Shown here one piece after another: positions 35,001 to 46,591 of a DNA stretch of 64,000 nt (positions within the stretch are counted from its first letter, which is position 1; each line of letters begins with the position of its first letter). Made by a program: the position numbers and the translations under genes. Source of the DNA: Dudresnaya verticillata (lineage: Eukaryota); the NCBI GenBank assembly GCA_977862235.1, contig OZ374559.1:1-64000 (forward strand), read 5' to 3'. Below the pieces are notes generated by a model. It saw only the letters and a program-made list of their open reading frames with translations. It did not search any database and was not told where the DNA came from.

Positions 35001-37029
35001 TTGCTCGTGTTGCGAACAGCCAAGTGCTCAAGCTCTGTCCCCCGAGATACATTCCCACCAGAAAGGTGCATGCAAGCTATCACTAGAACGTTGAACTTCC
35101 TCAACATCGACAGCATCTCCCTCGCACGTTTGTTGAAGCCCTTCTCGTCAAGACTTCCCATCTCCTTCACCGCAGCTGCAACATACCCATACCCTCGGCA
35201 TTCTTCAACGGTTTCGGCATTCTTCTCTTCGACAACAATACCGTAATGCACATCCTTCTTGGATGTGTTATCCACCATCGCGGAAAGACGAGCTTGCAAA
35301 TTCTCCGGTGGTCTTACTCCGTTCATGATCCCATTCCGCGAGAACATTAACTTGACAGCCTCGGATTGCATCCACAACACGCTCCCTCCGATATCCTTCG
35401 GACTGATGTGAAGTCCCTCCACATATCCGCAGTACAATCCCTCGTGCTCGGTATTGTCGCACGCCATCCAAGTGTTTCGGGTATACTCTTCAGTCCTAAA
35501 TCTTCTAGCCTGAAGGCAAATGGCTTGCAGGACATGTATTCAAAGACTTCCGCCAGCTGCGTGGTTGGTCTCAACCTCGGTCAGCTTCTCATCGCAACTC
35601 CCTTCCTCCCCCGTCCCACAAATTTCTATGAAGGCACAGCAAGAACAAGCATATGCCAAAGCTGCGAGGATTGGAGACATATCCTTCCCCTGGGAGTAGG
35701 TGTTCCCCTTCCCTGCACGCTTGACACCCAGACAGGCCGTCAATACATGGGCAGCACAGTGGCGACTTCCGTGGTCCACACTCGCCTTCTCATAGAACAA
35801 CGCCGATAGCACACCGTACATTGCCAAGACAGAGGGTGTCGTCACATTGTGCACCTCTTGAAAATTTTCAACAACGTCACATCCCTGCTCTCCTCGGTAT
35901 GCCTGCATCACACTCCTACATGCAACAATAAGTTGTTCATTTCCAACCAACCCCTTGTCACCCGGCGCTCTGACGGTCATGCGAAGAAGAGTCAGCACAA
36001 CACGAGCCAATAAGCTCGCGTACCTCTTCTCCGACTGTCGCTGCACCCACGCAAAGTCGTTCTTCTCAGTCCGATTAGCTCCTGGAGGGGCCCGCACGGC
36101 TATCATAACCTTCGAAATCGCCATGTTTGGCCTCCGGTAATATTCCCGTGCAGTGTGGAACAACGAAATTGTCGTTTTCGTTGTCCACTTTCCAAGCTCT
36201 TGCTCATCGATTCCATCCATAGTACTCCCGCGTAAAGCCGCCCCGGCCAACGCAACGGCTTCCTCCATGCTCAGATTGAGAGCTTCACATCTGGCCTTGT
36301 GGCGCTAGCAAACCCGCCCATCTTACGAACCTCACCTCCCTCTGACTTCTCCACACACTCGCTCTCCTTCCGAACATGGCTGAGCTCTTGGAGAAGACGA
36401 GCTACATTTCCACTGCCGGAGCATGCGTCAGCTCTCTCGGATTCCCCGTCGCCCACCGGAAACGCATACCCAGGAGCACGTGACTTGAAGAGCTTATGGC
36501 ACTTCACCGTCTTCAACTGCTTCAACTTTGCGAGTCCCACCGCCTTCCCCAAACCTTCATGCTCGGTATCCATATGCTTCCTCAAACCATCCGTGGATAC
36601 AGACAAAAACCTACAAGACGGGCAGGGAAAGCAATCCATGACGGTCAAGAAGGGGATCTTGCGCACAACCGCTCGACTTCCACTGTTGATTGCTTCAGTA
36701 CCGATGTAGACTTGATGTTCGTGGTCATCACATATCCTGGTGACATTTCGGCGAATGCAACTCCACGACTTGCATAGTTCTACACATTGTGCACGACTTA
36801 CGGAGAGGCTGGGCTGGCACTTCCTTATATGCCTCAGAAGATGCAAGTTGTCAGGTTCCGCGAGGAACACAGCATGCCTGCATGCATCGCAACCCAGCTC
36901 GGCTACTTCTGGAATCAAACGCAGGTTGAACTTCGCCAAGTTTGCCTTCGCCTTCCCAACCTCATTGTGCTCGGTTTCCGGCAACTTCATCTCCACGGAA
37001 TGTTGAAACAGGGATTCAAGACTATGCAA
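32033..37029 (-). pseudogene. TLH-like helicase copy 3, disrupted and 3'-truncated
   Basis: Same four lesions as copy 2, plus private substitutions in the 5' ~420 bp (PSLS, RICD, RAVV). Confidence 0.92.
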
Positions 37030-38043
37030 TCTTTCACAAATTCAAGTGGGCTAACCACACAAACATTGAGCACACCAGTTGATTCATATTGAAGGTTAGC
37101 AATCATCAGAGTTTCGACACCTCGCATCAAATGAGACGCTTTTGCAAATTTGCAACTCTTGCACATCTTCGCCAAAACATGTCTTATCTTTGCAAGAGCT
37201 TCTCACCCCCCGCAACAATGGATAGCTTACCGTTCTGTCGTCAACTACTAAGTCACGCAACAAGTCCATACAAGCATTCCATACAAGCATTCAGGTTAGA
37301 AACCAAACCGACTTCGCTCTCTCGAGTTACGATCAGAATCAGGCAAATGTGCAGAGCTTGCAAATTTCCAAGAACATCTCATAGGTGTGTCAACTACTTA
37401 CCGTCAATTCCTCCGCTCGGGAAGTAATTGAAAGAAATTGATCCAATGTCGAACGGCGCTTTCGCTGACCGTTACCGCTCGTCGATTGATCCCCGCCGCA
37501 CACGCTCTTCGATCGCTTCGTCTCGCAAAGGAACAGTTGAAATTCGAGCGGTTAGTCACTTCTCCTACGTCGAGCGCTGTGAGCACGCAATGGAAACCGG
37601 ATAACTTAAATACAATTGTGCGCCGTCATTTTGGCGGGAGCGCAATTACGGTTGCGCATCAACGGCGGCCGTCATGCGGATCTGATCCGGTGCCAACTGT
37701 TCTCATCTGATCCGGTGCCAACTGGTCTCATCTGAGCCAGTGCAAACTGATCTCACGATTTCCGCAAACGCCACAGATCGGATCAATAGATTGGATCCGT
37801 TCAGTGATCGAATCCCGATTGGAATCCGGATTGGGTGAGAACTGGTTGAAAACTTTCAAGACGTGCACATCTCGTTGCGCGACATGCCCTCGATACCTCC
37901 CGCCAAGCTCGATACACCCCGGTGAATGCTGGACAATGCTTCGGAAGACTGCTCGAGTTGCAAGATTGTTCATAGGACTGATCATGCTGCCAAACCTTCG
38001 GAGTTCAGAGGCTGAGGCGTTTTCCAACAGCTCTCCGCTACAC

Positions 38044-38412
38044 TGTTCAGGGCTGGAGGACGCTCAGGGCTGGAGGACTGATCAGGGCTGGAGGACTGAT
38101 CAGGGCTGGAGGACTGATCAGGGCTGGAGGACTGTTCAGGGGAGGGGGACTGATCAGCGCTGGAGGACGGTTCACGGATGGAGGACTGTTCAGGGGAGGG
38201 GGATGGACTGTTCAGGGGAGGGGGACGCTCAGGGCTGGAGAACTGGTCAGGGCTGGAGGACTGATCAGGGCTGGAGGACTGATCAGGGCTGGAGGACTGT
38301 TCAGGCCTGGAGGACTGTTCAGGCCTGGAGGACTGTTCAGGACTGGAGGACTGTTCAGGCCTGGAGGACTGATCAAGCCTGGAGGACTGATCAAGCCTGG
38401 AGGACTGTTCAG
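38044..38412. repeat. 18-bp minisatellite, expanded copy 3 (~20 units with GGGGAGGGGG variants)
   Basis: Same unit as 24121-24306 but about twice as long. Confidence 0.92.
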
Positions 38413-38850
38413 AATCTGGATCCCAATCGGGATTGGCTGGAGGAATGTTCAGGATTTGTGTACAATCCCGATTGCTCGTCTGGAGGACTTGTCTCAATCG
38501 CTAAACAGTCCTCCACGGCAACTTGAATTTCAATTAAAAATGCGCACTCCTGAACAGTCCTCCACGAAAGAATAGATATAGTGTTCCGGGTTCGGGCGTG
38601 CGGTCTGCACGCCAAACGAGCCGTTCTGACCCGGGTGGCCAGCGGCATGCGTCGGTGACGTGTTTGCCGTTGGCGGGTTGTGCGCGCTGTTGGCGGTCGC
38701 CCCTCGGTACGCGGAATATCAACCCGCTTGAAAGCGAAAAGGGGGACTCCCCTGGCACTACAGCTTGGACCTTCTCTTCTTCTGTCATCGTTGTTGTTTC
38801 GTCGTCTGCTGCGGGAAAACTTGCGCAGAGCAATACTCCTCCCTGACTTG

Positions 38851-39699
38851 ATGAATGGGAAACGCGGAGAGCGAAAGCGGCGGGAGCACCCGTCGAGGTC
38901 TGGTGGCGAGTCGGATCAGGGGCTCCAACAGACAGCTTTGCCAATGCCCGCACCCCTCGGGCACCGAAACAAGCGCTTCCGTTTTGCAGACGCGCCTCCA
39001 GAAGTGCCCAAGAATGAGGAAACCCTCGCTGTCCATGTTGCCCCAAAGCTAGAAGAAATGCAACTAGCTGTTGTGCCGCTGCCGCTGCCCTCGCCGGTAG
39101 GCACGCCACGACCGAACAGCTCTCCAGTCGCTGATGCGCCCCCAGCAGCTGCAGTCAAGTTGCAGGCAGCGCTCACTGTCAATGGTGCCGCAAAGCTAGA
39201 AGAAGAGACGCAAGTAGCTGTTGGCTGGCGGCCCTCGCAGGCAGGCACGCCGCAGCAGATATCAAAGCGCTCTCCCTTTTCAGACGAGGACGCAGATGTG
39301 CCAAAGTTTGAGCAAACCATTGCTCAGTCGGTAGGAACGCAGAAGAATGAAGTGGAAACGCACGAGGAACATGGTGTTCAGCAAGCCCAAAACGTATCGG
39401 AACACCAAGCGCTTCCGAGTATGGAAGGGGGAGAACACTTTTTGAACTCTGCGGAAGGCTGGTACGCCCCGCCGGGTGCCCCGGCCTTTATTCGCAAACG
39501 CCTAGCACGCCAGCGTCGCAAATTGCGAAACATGGGGCTGCTGCCCTGCCAAACTCAGCCTGGCTTTGAGAACCACTATTGCGACCTATGCAATGTCTCT
39601 TGCACCGGTCCGGTTCCGTGGGAAAATCACTTACGTTCTCGAAAGCATGGTATCAGGGCACGCCAAGCAAAGATAAGCGATAGAAACGTCGCCAAGTAG
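38851..39699 (+). CDS. Protein with a C-terminal matrin/JAZ-type C2H2 zinc finger (~282 aa)
   Basis: YCDLCNVSCTGPVPWENHLRSRKH fits C-x2-C-x12-H-x5-H. First in-frame ATG is at 38851. Confidence 0.78.
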   Translation: MNGKRGERKRREHPSRSGGESDQGLQQTALPMPAPLGHRNKRFRFADAPPEVPKNEETLAVHVAPKLEEMQLAVVPLPLPSPVGTPRPNSSPVADAPPAAAVKLQAALTVNGAAKLEEETQVAVGWRPSQAGTPQQISKRSPFSDEDADVPKFEQTIAQSVGTQKNEVETHEEHGVQQAQNVSEHQALPSMEGGEHFLNSAEGWYAPPGAPAFIRKRLARQRRKLRNMGLLPCQTQPGFENHYCDLCNVSCTGPVPWENHLRSRKHGIRARQAKISDRNVAK

Positions 39700-40291
39700 T
39701 GAGTGAGTTTTGTAAAAAGTAAAGCCAGTGTTCCCGCGGTCAGTGGTGACTGACGTAGCGCAACTGTAGTATGGCGGCGTAGTAAGTCCTACTAGAACAA
39801 CCATATCCGAAAATGTTCCCAGAACTTTTCCAGAACACACAAGGTCAGTTCTGCAAACAATTTTCGGATACGGTTGTTCTCGTAACACGGACGAGCGACG
39901 GAGCGAGACATTCAATACGCAACTTGGGCAGTAACTCATATACGAAAAATTCATATGTGGATACACCGTCGCAGCGCAGCCAAGATTACCCTAGACCTCT
40001 AGCGCTGAACAATAGCCACACAAGTTCTCGAAGAATAAATCAGAATGTTACGATGCCCAATGGTACGCACTCGATCCTAGGCCCAACACGCAATTGGTTG
40101 TTTACCGCAGCTCACTTATGCACTCACATTATTGCTTCGAAGGTAATTATTGGTGTCCTTATATCATTGCGGGGATTAAGTTCGCACTGACAACGTAGTC
40201 CTATCCTGGTGTTAACCGGGTGTCACACTTCTCATCCTTCGCCTTCAGTTCTGAGATTGTAGCGACAAACAAGACAAACAAAGAAGGGGAG

Positions 40292-43200
40292 ATGTCGAAT
40301 TCCGCTGCCCTTCTCGCCAGACTTGGTATTGCGTTACGTTCTTCATCCAACGATGACTTGATGTGCACTTCTCCGACATGTACCTTCTGCACATGGTTTG
40401 CAGAGAATGCTTCTTTACCGACCGCATCGTCATCTCCTGGGTGTGCTTGGACCACTCTTCTTTCGAAGGTGCGAACAGGGGGCTGCTCGACGGCAAGCAA
40501 AATACGTTGTGCAACAAGTGGCTCCCTGTTCCGTCTCAAGGCGTTTTGTTTAACCTGCCAGATTGAGCGCTCTGAGGCCGCAAAGAACTACGAATCTATG
40601 GAAAGCGCAGATATCGACGGGGTTGTCAATTTGGCAGATTTCCTCATCCCAGAGAACTCTGACGGGGCAGACCGTATTTCCGCAGTTTGCGGCATCTGTG
40701 AAACGTCTTGTGTCGATATCACTTGCTTCGGTGATATCCCCATGTTCTGCGTTGTACAAGTGGGCCAAGATGGTCGCGTCAGACCTCAATCCGGTGTACT
40801 CGCACCTCTACGTTTTGCGTTAGACTACGCCGCGACGGAAAGAGGTTCACCAAACGTTTCGGTACATCCCTCAGATACATTGCTGGGACAGTTCTATTTC
40901 GCAGCAAACCCTTGTTACTCAGAATATGTCAAAGAGCACCAGGCACACATCTTGGAGACTGTCGCTTTGGAGGACTCTCGGGTGCTCCATCTCGTGCAAA
41001 CGCGCCTTACATCGCGAGACGAGACAGAATGGACACTAGAAGAGGTGATAAGCAGTGATCCATTCTTAACGCCTTCAGGTCCATACAAGATTTTGGATTT
41101 CATGACATCTTCGTATGGGAATCGAAAAGAAAAAGCTTCATGGGTCTATCCAGTAGAGTTAAAGAAGACGATACTTCCTAAAGCAGCACGGGTTCATCTC
41201 CGTTTCGAGCAAGTTGAAGTCGAAAAGGCCACGCAGTCACCGTTCTCCACTGGTCAGAATGTTGCGTCGGAGGATGACCTCCCTTCTCCGAGCACTGGTC
41301 TAACACCCGCCCTTGGTGACGACCCGGATTGTGATACAGAACTGTCACCCCGCAAGGATCCTGCCCGCACAGTCGAGGAACTGCATGAGAAGACAAGAAG
41401 GGTCTCCAGCAGTAGCGAAGGCGACCCCCCTGGGAATACACCTACCCCAACACGAAAAAGTAAGGGTAGGAGAATATCTATCAGCGACGATGATTCCACA
41501 GACTGTGAAAGCAGTTCTACAAGAGTTCGAAAGAAGACGAAACCACTTCCCAATATCGACAGTGACTCCAGCTCGCAGTCCGACGCGCAATCTGATGGCT
41601 TCTCAAAAGATACTGAAGTATTTGATGCCGAAATCAATGCGTTCAACTTGGAGGATGACAGTGCTAGCCCAACCCTTTCCTCAAGAATCCCGCTTCTATT
41701 CGCCTCGTACAAGGATCTTTGGAGAAACAGGTTCGAGAACGAGCACTACCCCGATAATCTCAGAGCAGGGCGTGTGACCACTGCTCTGAGCCTTTCTCAA
41801 GCAGTTAAGCATGCAGCTACGGATCCAGTCTTCGTTTCCGGAACTAGAAGAGAAGAAATTCGGCGAATCGACTACTCGCAAGAAGCTATCCTCCCCACAG
41901 GCTCGCTCGCCCTTCAACTGAGCTTCGATATCGACAGTCTCGACCTAGTCTCTATCCCATGGGGTGGAATGGCTTTCAAGGCAAATCGGTTTCACATCCA
42001 AAGTCAATACTCTGCAAACATACTAGAACCTTGGAAGTATGTAGCAAAGAACAACAACCTATCTCGTTTCCCTGAACAACGTGGGGGACACTTCCCCGGC
42101 CGTTACTTCCATTTCTCATCACACACGCAATTCCGACCGGATCGAAGCGAACGAGCCTTTGGAAAGCACCCCTTCGCCGTTCGTGTCTTCACCATCCAGA
42201 CTACGCTGAGCATGCACAGTATCAAGATCCGGGCCATGATACCCTCTGGAAGCGTTCAGCGCGTCTGTGGAGACGGATATTGTCACCTCATAGCTCTGTT
42301 CCAGACATTTGTCTGCGGGAATAGGGAGCAGTGCCATGACTCTCGCGGGCCCACAGACTTCACTCAACCCATCAACCTCCAGCTCCTCGAGCCATTGCTC
42401 TGGTTCATGGTCAAGGAATTTATTGTGCTCATGCTGAGTCTTATAACTCGTGACGTTCGGTACCCGCACTCAATCACCACCTCCATCTGTTGTGATGTTC
42501 CATCACCAGCCAATTCCAAGAGCCACGACCGAAAAAGGGGACCCAATTCTTCCTTTGGCGAAGGCTTTGACCTCGCAGAAGAGGGTGTTCTTGCGTTTTA
42601 CCTCGCCCAGCGATTCTTCGCCTGCCTAGAATCAGACTCAGATTTGCCTTTGGACAAACGAAGCTTCTACTTCGTTAGAGAGGGCGTCTCGCAATGTCCG
42701 GAAAATCTCCTTTCAAGAATAGAGGATTCTCCGGTGAAAACATGTCTACAAGCACCAATAGGTAGTACTGAAACCTTCACATACTTCTCCGAAAATGTCT
42801 GGAGAGGGCAGCAGGCATTCAAGGGCTTGTTCCGATTGCGTAATGACCCAACCAGAACTAGTGACACGGCGTTGCCAACTTCGGCCTCCTCCAAGCAAGC
42901 ATCCGATCGCGGGTACATGATTCTTCAAGACCTACTCTTAATCGCACCTGTCGTTTTCCGTGCAACAGAACATGGAATGAAGAGCTCGTTTCGAGTTACA
43001 CAGCAGGGTAATCGCACAAAGGAGATTCTAACGCGTGAGTTCAACTTGAATGCACTTGAGGATGGCGTGGTTGACATCGCAGCTGTGTTGGAGGGTCCGT
43101 ACAACTCCGGTTGGTCCGTTTTGCTTCCCTCAAATACCGTGCGGCGGAGCAGGATGATCGTCCCAACATCGTCTGCATCGAGATCGTTTCGAGACATGGG

Positions 43201-46114
43201 TGCAACGATGTACTCTGGAATTGGATACCCAGACTTTATGGGCTTCAGTACCCGCAAAGGCAGTGTGGGTTTGGGTCGCACAACGATTGAACAGGATGGC
43301 ATTCGTCGTGTCAAAGTTTACGCTTCGAACAGGGACTTCGTCGCTACAAGGGGCTCCTCAATCCATGACGTGCAAGGAACGCCTCTACGACACGAGCTCA
43401 AGGCCGTTTCCAGACTGTGCAGATCTTGGACTCAGCTTCGTGACTCGTCGGGTTCCGATGCAGACCGTACAGAAAAAGAACGCTTGAATAAATTTGAGGT
43501 TCTGCACCATGACATTCACCGAAGATCAAAGGCAGTGGATAGCTCCGAAGAAGTGTTTGGAGTGCGGCTTGAGATGACAACATCTATCCAAGCAGTCATC
43601 AAAGTTCTTGACGACGCTCTCGATTTACTCCTCAAGCAAGAGAGACGGAGAAGCATGAGCGTACCGGATTTCGAGGCCCATTTTCAAGAGAATATCGATT
43701 ACTGGCCTTGGTTTTTAAGGGTTCCATTGGCTACCGAACGGGATCGCTACATGACAATGTCGTTCAAAGTATCAGCTTCATTGATGCCCGTCACTATTAT
43801 GAGCTGCAGAGCTCTCGTTTCGGTCCAAAGTGCAATAGAAACGCGTTTCGTCAACTACGCACAGACACTATACCTTATGGCTCGGCAGTACGTATCTGGA
43901 ATCGAGAAAGATACCCCTACAGAACGTATCCAACTGTTCGACGACATTCTGCGCAGCTCCCCTCGATGGGTGAGTGTGTCGCTCGGACTGTTAATGGCAA
44001 GGGGCCTGTTGGCCTCAGCAAGAATGCTTATGAACGCTGTCACATGTAACCCCCGGAATACAAGCTTCAACCAACCAGACTTCGTCCTCTCCGCTTGCGG
44101 GTTGGATGTCACGCATGCATACGGCGGGATTCCAAAAATTGTGCTTTGCAGGGTCTTCAGTTGTGACACTGGGTTTGAAAGGGCCCTGAGAACAATGCAA
44201 TGTCGAGACGTTTTGTCCCAACTTCGGGCATTTGGTTCTCTTTACAACTCTTGCTATGACCTCGACGAGAGCTTACGAGTCCCCGAAAGCATGAGGATGG
44301 AGGCACGACTGGAAAGACCTGAGTTTCACGCCAGATTATTCTCAGTTGATGTTGGAAGCCGCATCGTGATTCCAGACGACAACAGAAGAGGCGCTGGGAA
44401 TATGTACGATTTACTGTCGACGATCATGACTCTGGATACACTCCGAGGAGAGGTTGACGCCATGTGCGACGTCTTGCGAGCTTTTGCTGCATCAGTTACA
44501 TTGTTTTTGGTATCAGACTGCTGCATCGAGCTGTTGTACATGCTTGGCCAGCTAAAAACTCAATCCGTCCACACCGTGGAGCAAAACAGACACCGAGGAA
44601 GGACAAACCCCATCGTCACCAAAGGACTGGTCGACAATCTGGCGTACCTTTCTCGGAAGAACGTGATGTGGCCTTCAGAGAACAGAATCGATGTATGCAA
44701 TGTTGATGCCATCCGGGATACGATTTCATTCAGGCGCCGCATGGAAGGCCTTCTCAGCCTGTACGTCGGACAGCACGAAGGAACCTCTCCTATCACAGAT
44801 TACGAAGATGTGTTCCCAGTCCTAGGAAACACGCTACTCGCAGAAAATGGAACCGTTCCTATGAACAACTTTGTCCAGGCCTTATGGGATAGGAGCAAGC
44901 GACTTCCATCTTTTACCGAAATTCAAGAACCCGCTGTCCTGGGCTCTTTGTCTTCCGTCCGACACCGTTCCTCGCTTCATAACTGGAGGTCGCTATCATG
45001 TCTCAGAATCATCGAAGGTGTCGTGGAAGAAGAAAATATCGATGTCCTTGCCACACACCAAAGCCAGGCACGAAATGGAACCTCAACATTCAAGAGACAA
45101 TTTCAGAAGGAGTTTCCGAGGTTTCTAGCGGCATGCCTTCGGTCGGCTGGTTTCCACAATCTCGCCCCCCTTTTTACCGATACCCTCCCGTCCAAACATG
45201 AGGTGTATCCACGGATGTGGGGGCCGCTTCCGGTCTTCACGGCTGTTCCGTACGTCGAATCGGAGGTTCTCTCCCCGCTTCAGCGAGAAAACCACTCGCA
45301 TCAGGCCACCCCGGTTTCTCATATTCTGGATATTCGTGCCACTCGTCTACCGGCTCTGCTCAAAAAGATTCGAGATCATCTAAAGAAGGTGCCCAGTTTC
45401 GAACAACGTATCACAGAGGCGCGGAACAGTCGTAAAAGTTCCAGAACCCAAGTTGCCCAGCTGGAGAGGCAGGAGATGGAGACCCGACAGGCGTTTTGGA
45501 CTGAGAGTGGAGTTCGCGAACTGCTTCTCGATTACATTGACTCACTACGAGAGGAATCCCGAGGGCGAATTGACCTCAACCGAGAGACCTACGGGTATTG
45601 CCGAGCAATTGTAGAGGCCCTCGTGCGAGTCAGAAGTCAATTCGGTGAAGAAGGAATGGGTGTCTTTCAATGGAAAAGACGTAACAGTGGGCGTAATCGG
45701 CTCAGGAGTCTATTTGCATTGGATGCTGCAGATAGTTCGCAACTTCGTTGCAGTCGCATTACCTTCAAGTCCGTCCCGGATTCGTTTAAGAATCCATGGA
45801 AGGACTTTGGTTACCCAAAATCAACTCAGCTCCAAGACGGACGATCGACAAAGAAGATCACCGTTCGTCAGTCTTCCCGTTTACTGTTCGAATCTGGAAT
45901 TTTCTTCAAGTGCATTCGGGCGCCTAGGGCATACAGAAAAGGGGATATTGCACAGCTAAGAAACGTCTCAGTATCCCGGATACACAAAAAATACCGCGAA
46001 GGACATCGAGCTTCATGCGAGGGCTCGCATTCTATGTGGAGACTCGCACCTGACCACGTTGTCCTGCAAAAGTTAGTGGGGCACATTCAGAAGGAACTCC
46101 AATTATGTAGTTGA
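40292..46114 (+). CDS. Very large intronless hypothetical protein (~1940 aa): Cys-rich N-terminus, acidic/Ser linker, long globular core
   Basis: 5.8-kb uninterrupted ORF with first ATG at 40292. Cys clusters CTSPTCTFC, CLTC and CGICETSC. Candidate motifs SFDIDS, VVDIA and GVRLE. Family not recognised. Confidence 0.88.
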   Translation: MSNSAALLARLGIALRSSSNDDLMCTSPTCTFCTWFAENASLPTASSSPGCAWTTLLSKVRTGGCSTASKIRCATSGSLFRLKAFCLTCQIERSEAAKNYESMESADIDGVVNLADFLIPENSDGADRISAVCGICETSCVDITCFGDIPMFCVVQVGQDGRVRPQSGVLAPLRFALDYAATERGSPNVSVHPSDTLLGQFYFAANPCYSEYVKEHQAHILETVALEDSRVLHLVQTRLTSRDETEWTLEEVISSDPFLTPSGPYKILDFMTSSYGNRKEKASWVYPVELKKTILPKAARVHLRFEQVEVEKATQSPFSTGQNVASEDDLPSPSTGLTPALGDDPDCDTELSPRKDPARTVEELHEKTRRVSSSSEGDPPGNTPTPTRKSKGRRISISDDDSTDCESSSTRVRKKTKPLPNIDSDSSSQSDAQSDGFSKDTEVFDAEINAFNLEDDSASPTLSSRIPLLFASYKDLWRNRFENEHYPDNLRAGRVTTALSLSQAVKHAATDPVFVSGTRREEIRRIDYSQEAILPTGSLALQLSFDIDSLDLVSIPWGGMAFKANRFHIQSQYSANILEPWKYVAKNNNLSRFPEQRGGHFPGRYFHFSSHTQFRPDRSERAFGKHPFAVRVFTIQTTLSMHSIKIRAMIPSGSVQRVCGDGYCHLIALFQTFVCGNREQCHDSRGPTDFTQPINLQLLEPLLWFMVKEFIVLMLSLITRDVRYPHSITTSICCDVPSPANSKSHDRKRGPNSSFGEGFDLAEEGVLAFYLAQRFFACLESDSDLPLDKRSFYFVREGVSQCPENLLSRIEDSPVKTCLQAPIGSTETFTYFSENVWRGQQAFKGLFRLRNDPTRTSDTALPTSASSKQASDRGYMILQDLLLIAPVVFRATEHGMKSSFRVTQQGNRTKEILTREFNLNALEDGVVDIAAVLEGPYNSGWSVLLPSNTVRRSRMIVPTSSASRSFRDMGATMYSGIGYPDFMGFSTRKGSVGLGRTTIEQDGIRRVKVYASNRDFVATRGSSIHDVQGTPLRHELKAVSRLCRSWTQLRDSSGSDADRTEKERLNKFEVLHHDIHRRSKAVDSSEEVFGVRLEMTTSIQAVIKVLDDALDLLLKQERRRSMSVPDFEAHFQENIDYWPWFLRVPLATERDRYMTMSFKVSASLMPVTIMSCRALVSVQSAIETRFVNYAQTLYLMARQYVSGIEKDTPTERIQLFDDILRSSPRWVSVSLGLLMARGLLASARMLMNAVTCNPRNTSFNQPDFVLSACGLDVTHAYGGIPKIVLCRVFSCDTGFERALRTMQCRDVLSQLRAFGSLYNSCYDLDESLRVPESMRMEARLERPEFHARLFSVDVGSRIVIPDDNRRGAGNMYDLLSTIMTLDTLRGEVDAMCDVLRAFAASVTLFLVSDCCIELLYMLGQLKTQSVHTVEQNRHRGRTNPIVTKGLVDNLAYLSRKNVMWPSENRIDVCNVDAIRDTISFRRRMEGLLSLYVGQHEGTSPITDYEDVFPVLGNTLLAENGTVPMNNFVQALWDRSKRLPSFTEIQEPAVLGSLSSVRHRSSLHNWRSLSCLRIIEGVVEEENIDVLATHQSQARNGTSTFKRQFQKEFPRFLAACLRSAGFHNLAPLFTDTLPSKHEVYPRMWGPLPVFTAVPYVESEVLSPLQRENHSHQATPVSHILDIRATRLPALLKKIRDHLKKVPSFEQRITEARNSRKSSRTQVAQLERQEMETRQAFWTESGVRELLLDYIDSLREESRGRIDLNRETYGYCRAIVEALVRVRSQFGEEGMGVFQWKRRNSGRNRLRSLFALDAADSSQLRCSRITFKSVPDSFKNPWKDFGYPKSTQLQDGRSTKKITVRQSSRLLFESGIFFKCIRAPRAYRKGDIAQLRNVSVSRIHKKYREGHRASCEGSHSMWRLAPDHVVLQKLVGHIQKELQLCS

Positions 46115-46240
46115 CTAGCTAAACTACAATTTAACGCTCTCCTTGTGCCACCCACCCGTGCCTGCGCTGCACACATCCATTCTCCCCGCTGGTTTGCAAA
46201 CGTTGGCAGTATTGCGTCGCAGACTTGCATTTTCATGTCG

Positions 46241-46298
46241 ACCAATCACAAACCCTGTTCATCCGGGGGTTCGGTTATGAACAGCAGTTGTGATTGGC
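46241..46298 (-). repeat. 58-bp four-box palindrome, copy 1
   Basis: ACCAATCACAA-accct-GTTCAT-14nt-ATGAAC-agcag-TTGTGATTGGC. Confidence 0.95.
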
Positions 46299-46560
46299 TG
46301 GACCCTAGTTGCGGCTGCGGTCAGTTCTCATGCCTCATTCCCTGTAACCGGTCAGGCCATAGCGTCACCGACTTCCTTGCTGCCTGGAGTTATATGGCTA
46401 TGTTACTGCGTCTCCTTCGAGGGACTTGCCTTTTTTTGTAGCGCCGAAGTCTTACCAACTCTATAACCCAACTGCCCGAACAAGGCAACTAGCAATCAGC
46501 AGCACGCAAGGCCAATGGTGTCGTTTAACAGAAACAAGCAGCGGTCCCTACACCTACGGG
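46299..46560 (-). repeat. ~250-bp conserved non-coding trailer attached to the palindrome; related copies at ~53330-53527 (inverted), ~59154-59400 and ~60080-60345
   Basis: Shared blocks AGCGTCACC.ACTTCC, TGCGTCTCCTTCG, AACTGCCCGAACAA and TAGCAA.CAGCAGCAC. Not every block is present in every copy. Confidence 0.8.
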
Positions 46561-46591
46561 TTCGGACGACTCACTGTTTTGCCCTTTATTT

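Larger units (their letters stand above)
22490..36615. repeat. Near-perfect 7031-bp tandem duplication (two units); boundaries approximate
   Basis: ORF coordinates repeat with an offset of 7031 (22967/29998/37029; 24949/31980). I noticed only one difference between the units (NPE vs NTE, ~28421 vs ~35452). Confidence 0.95.
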
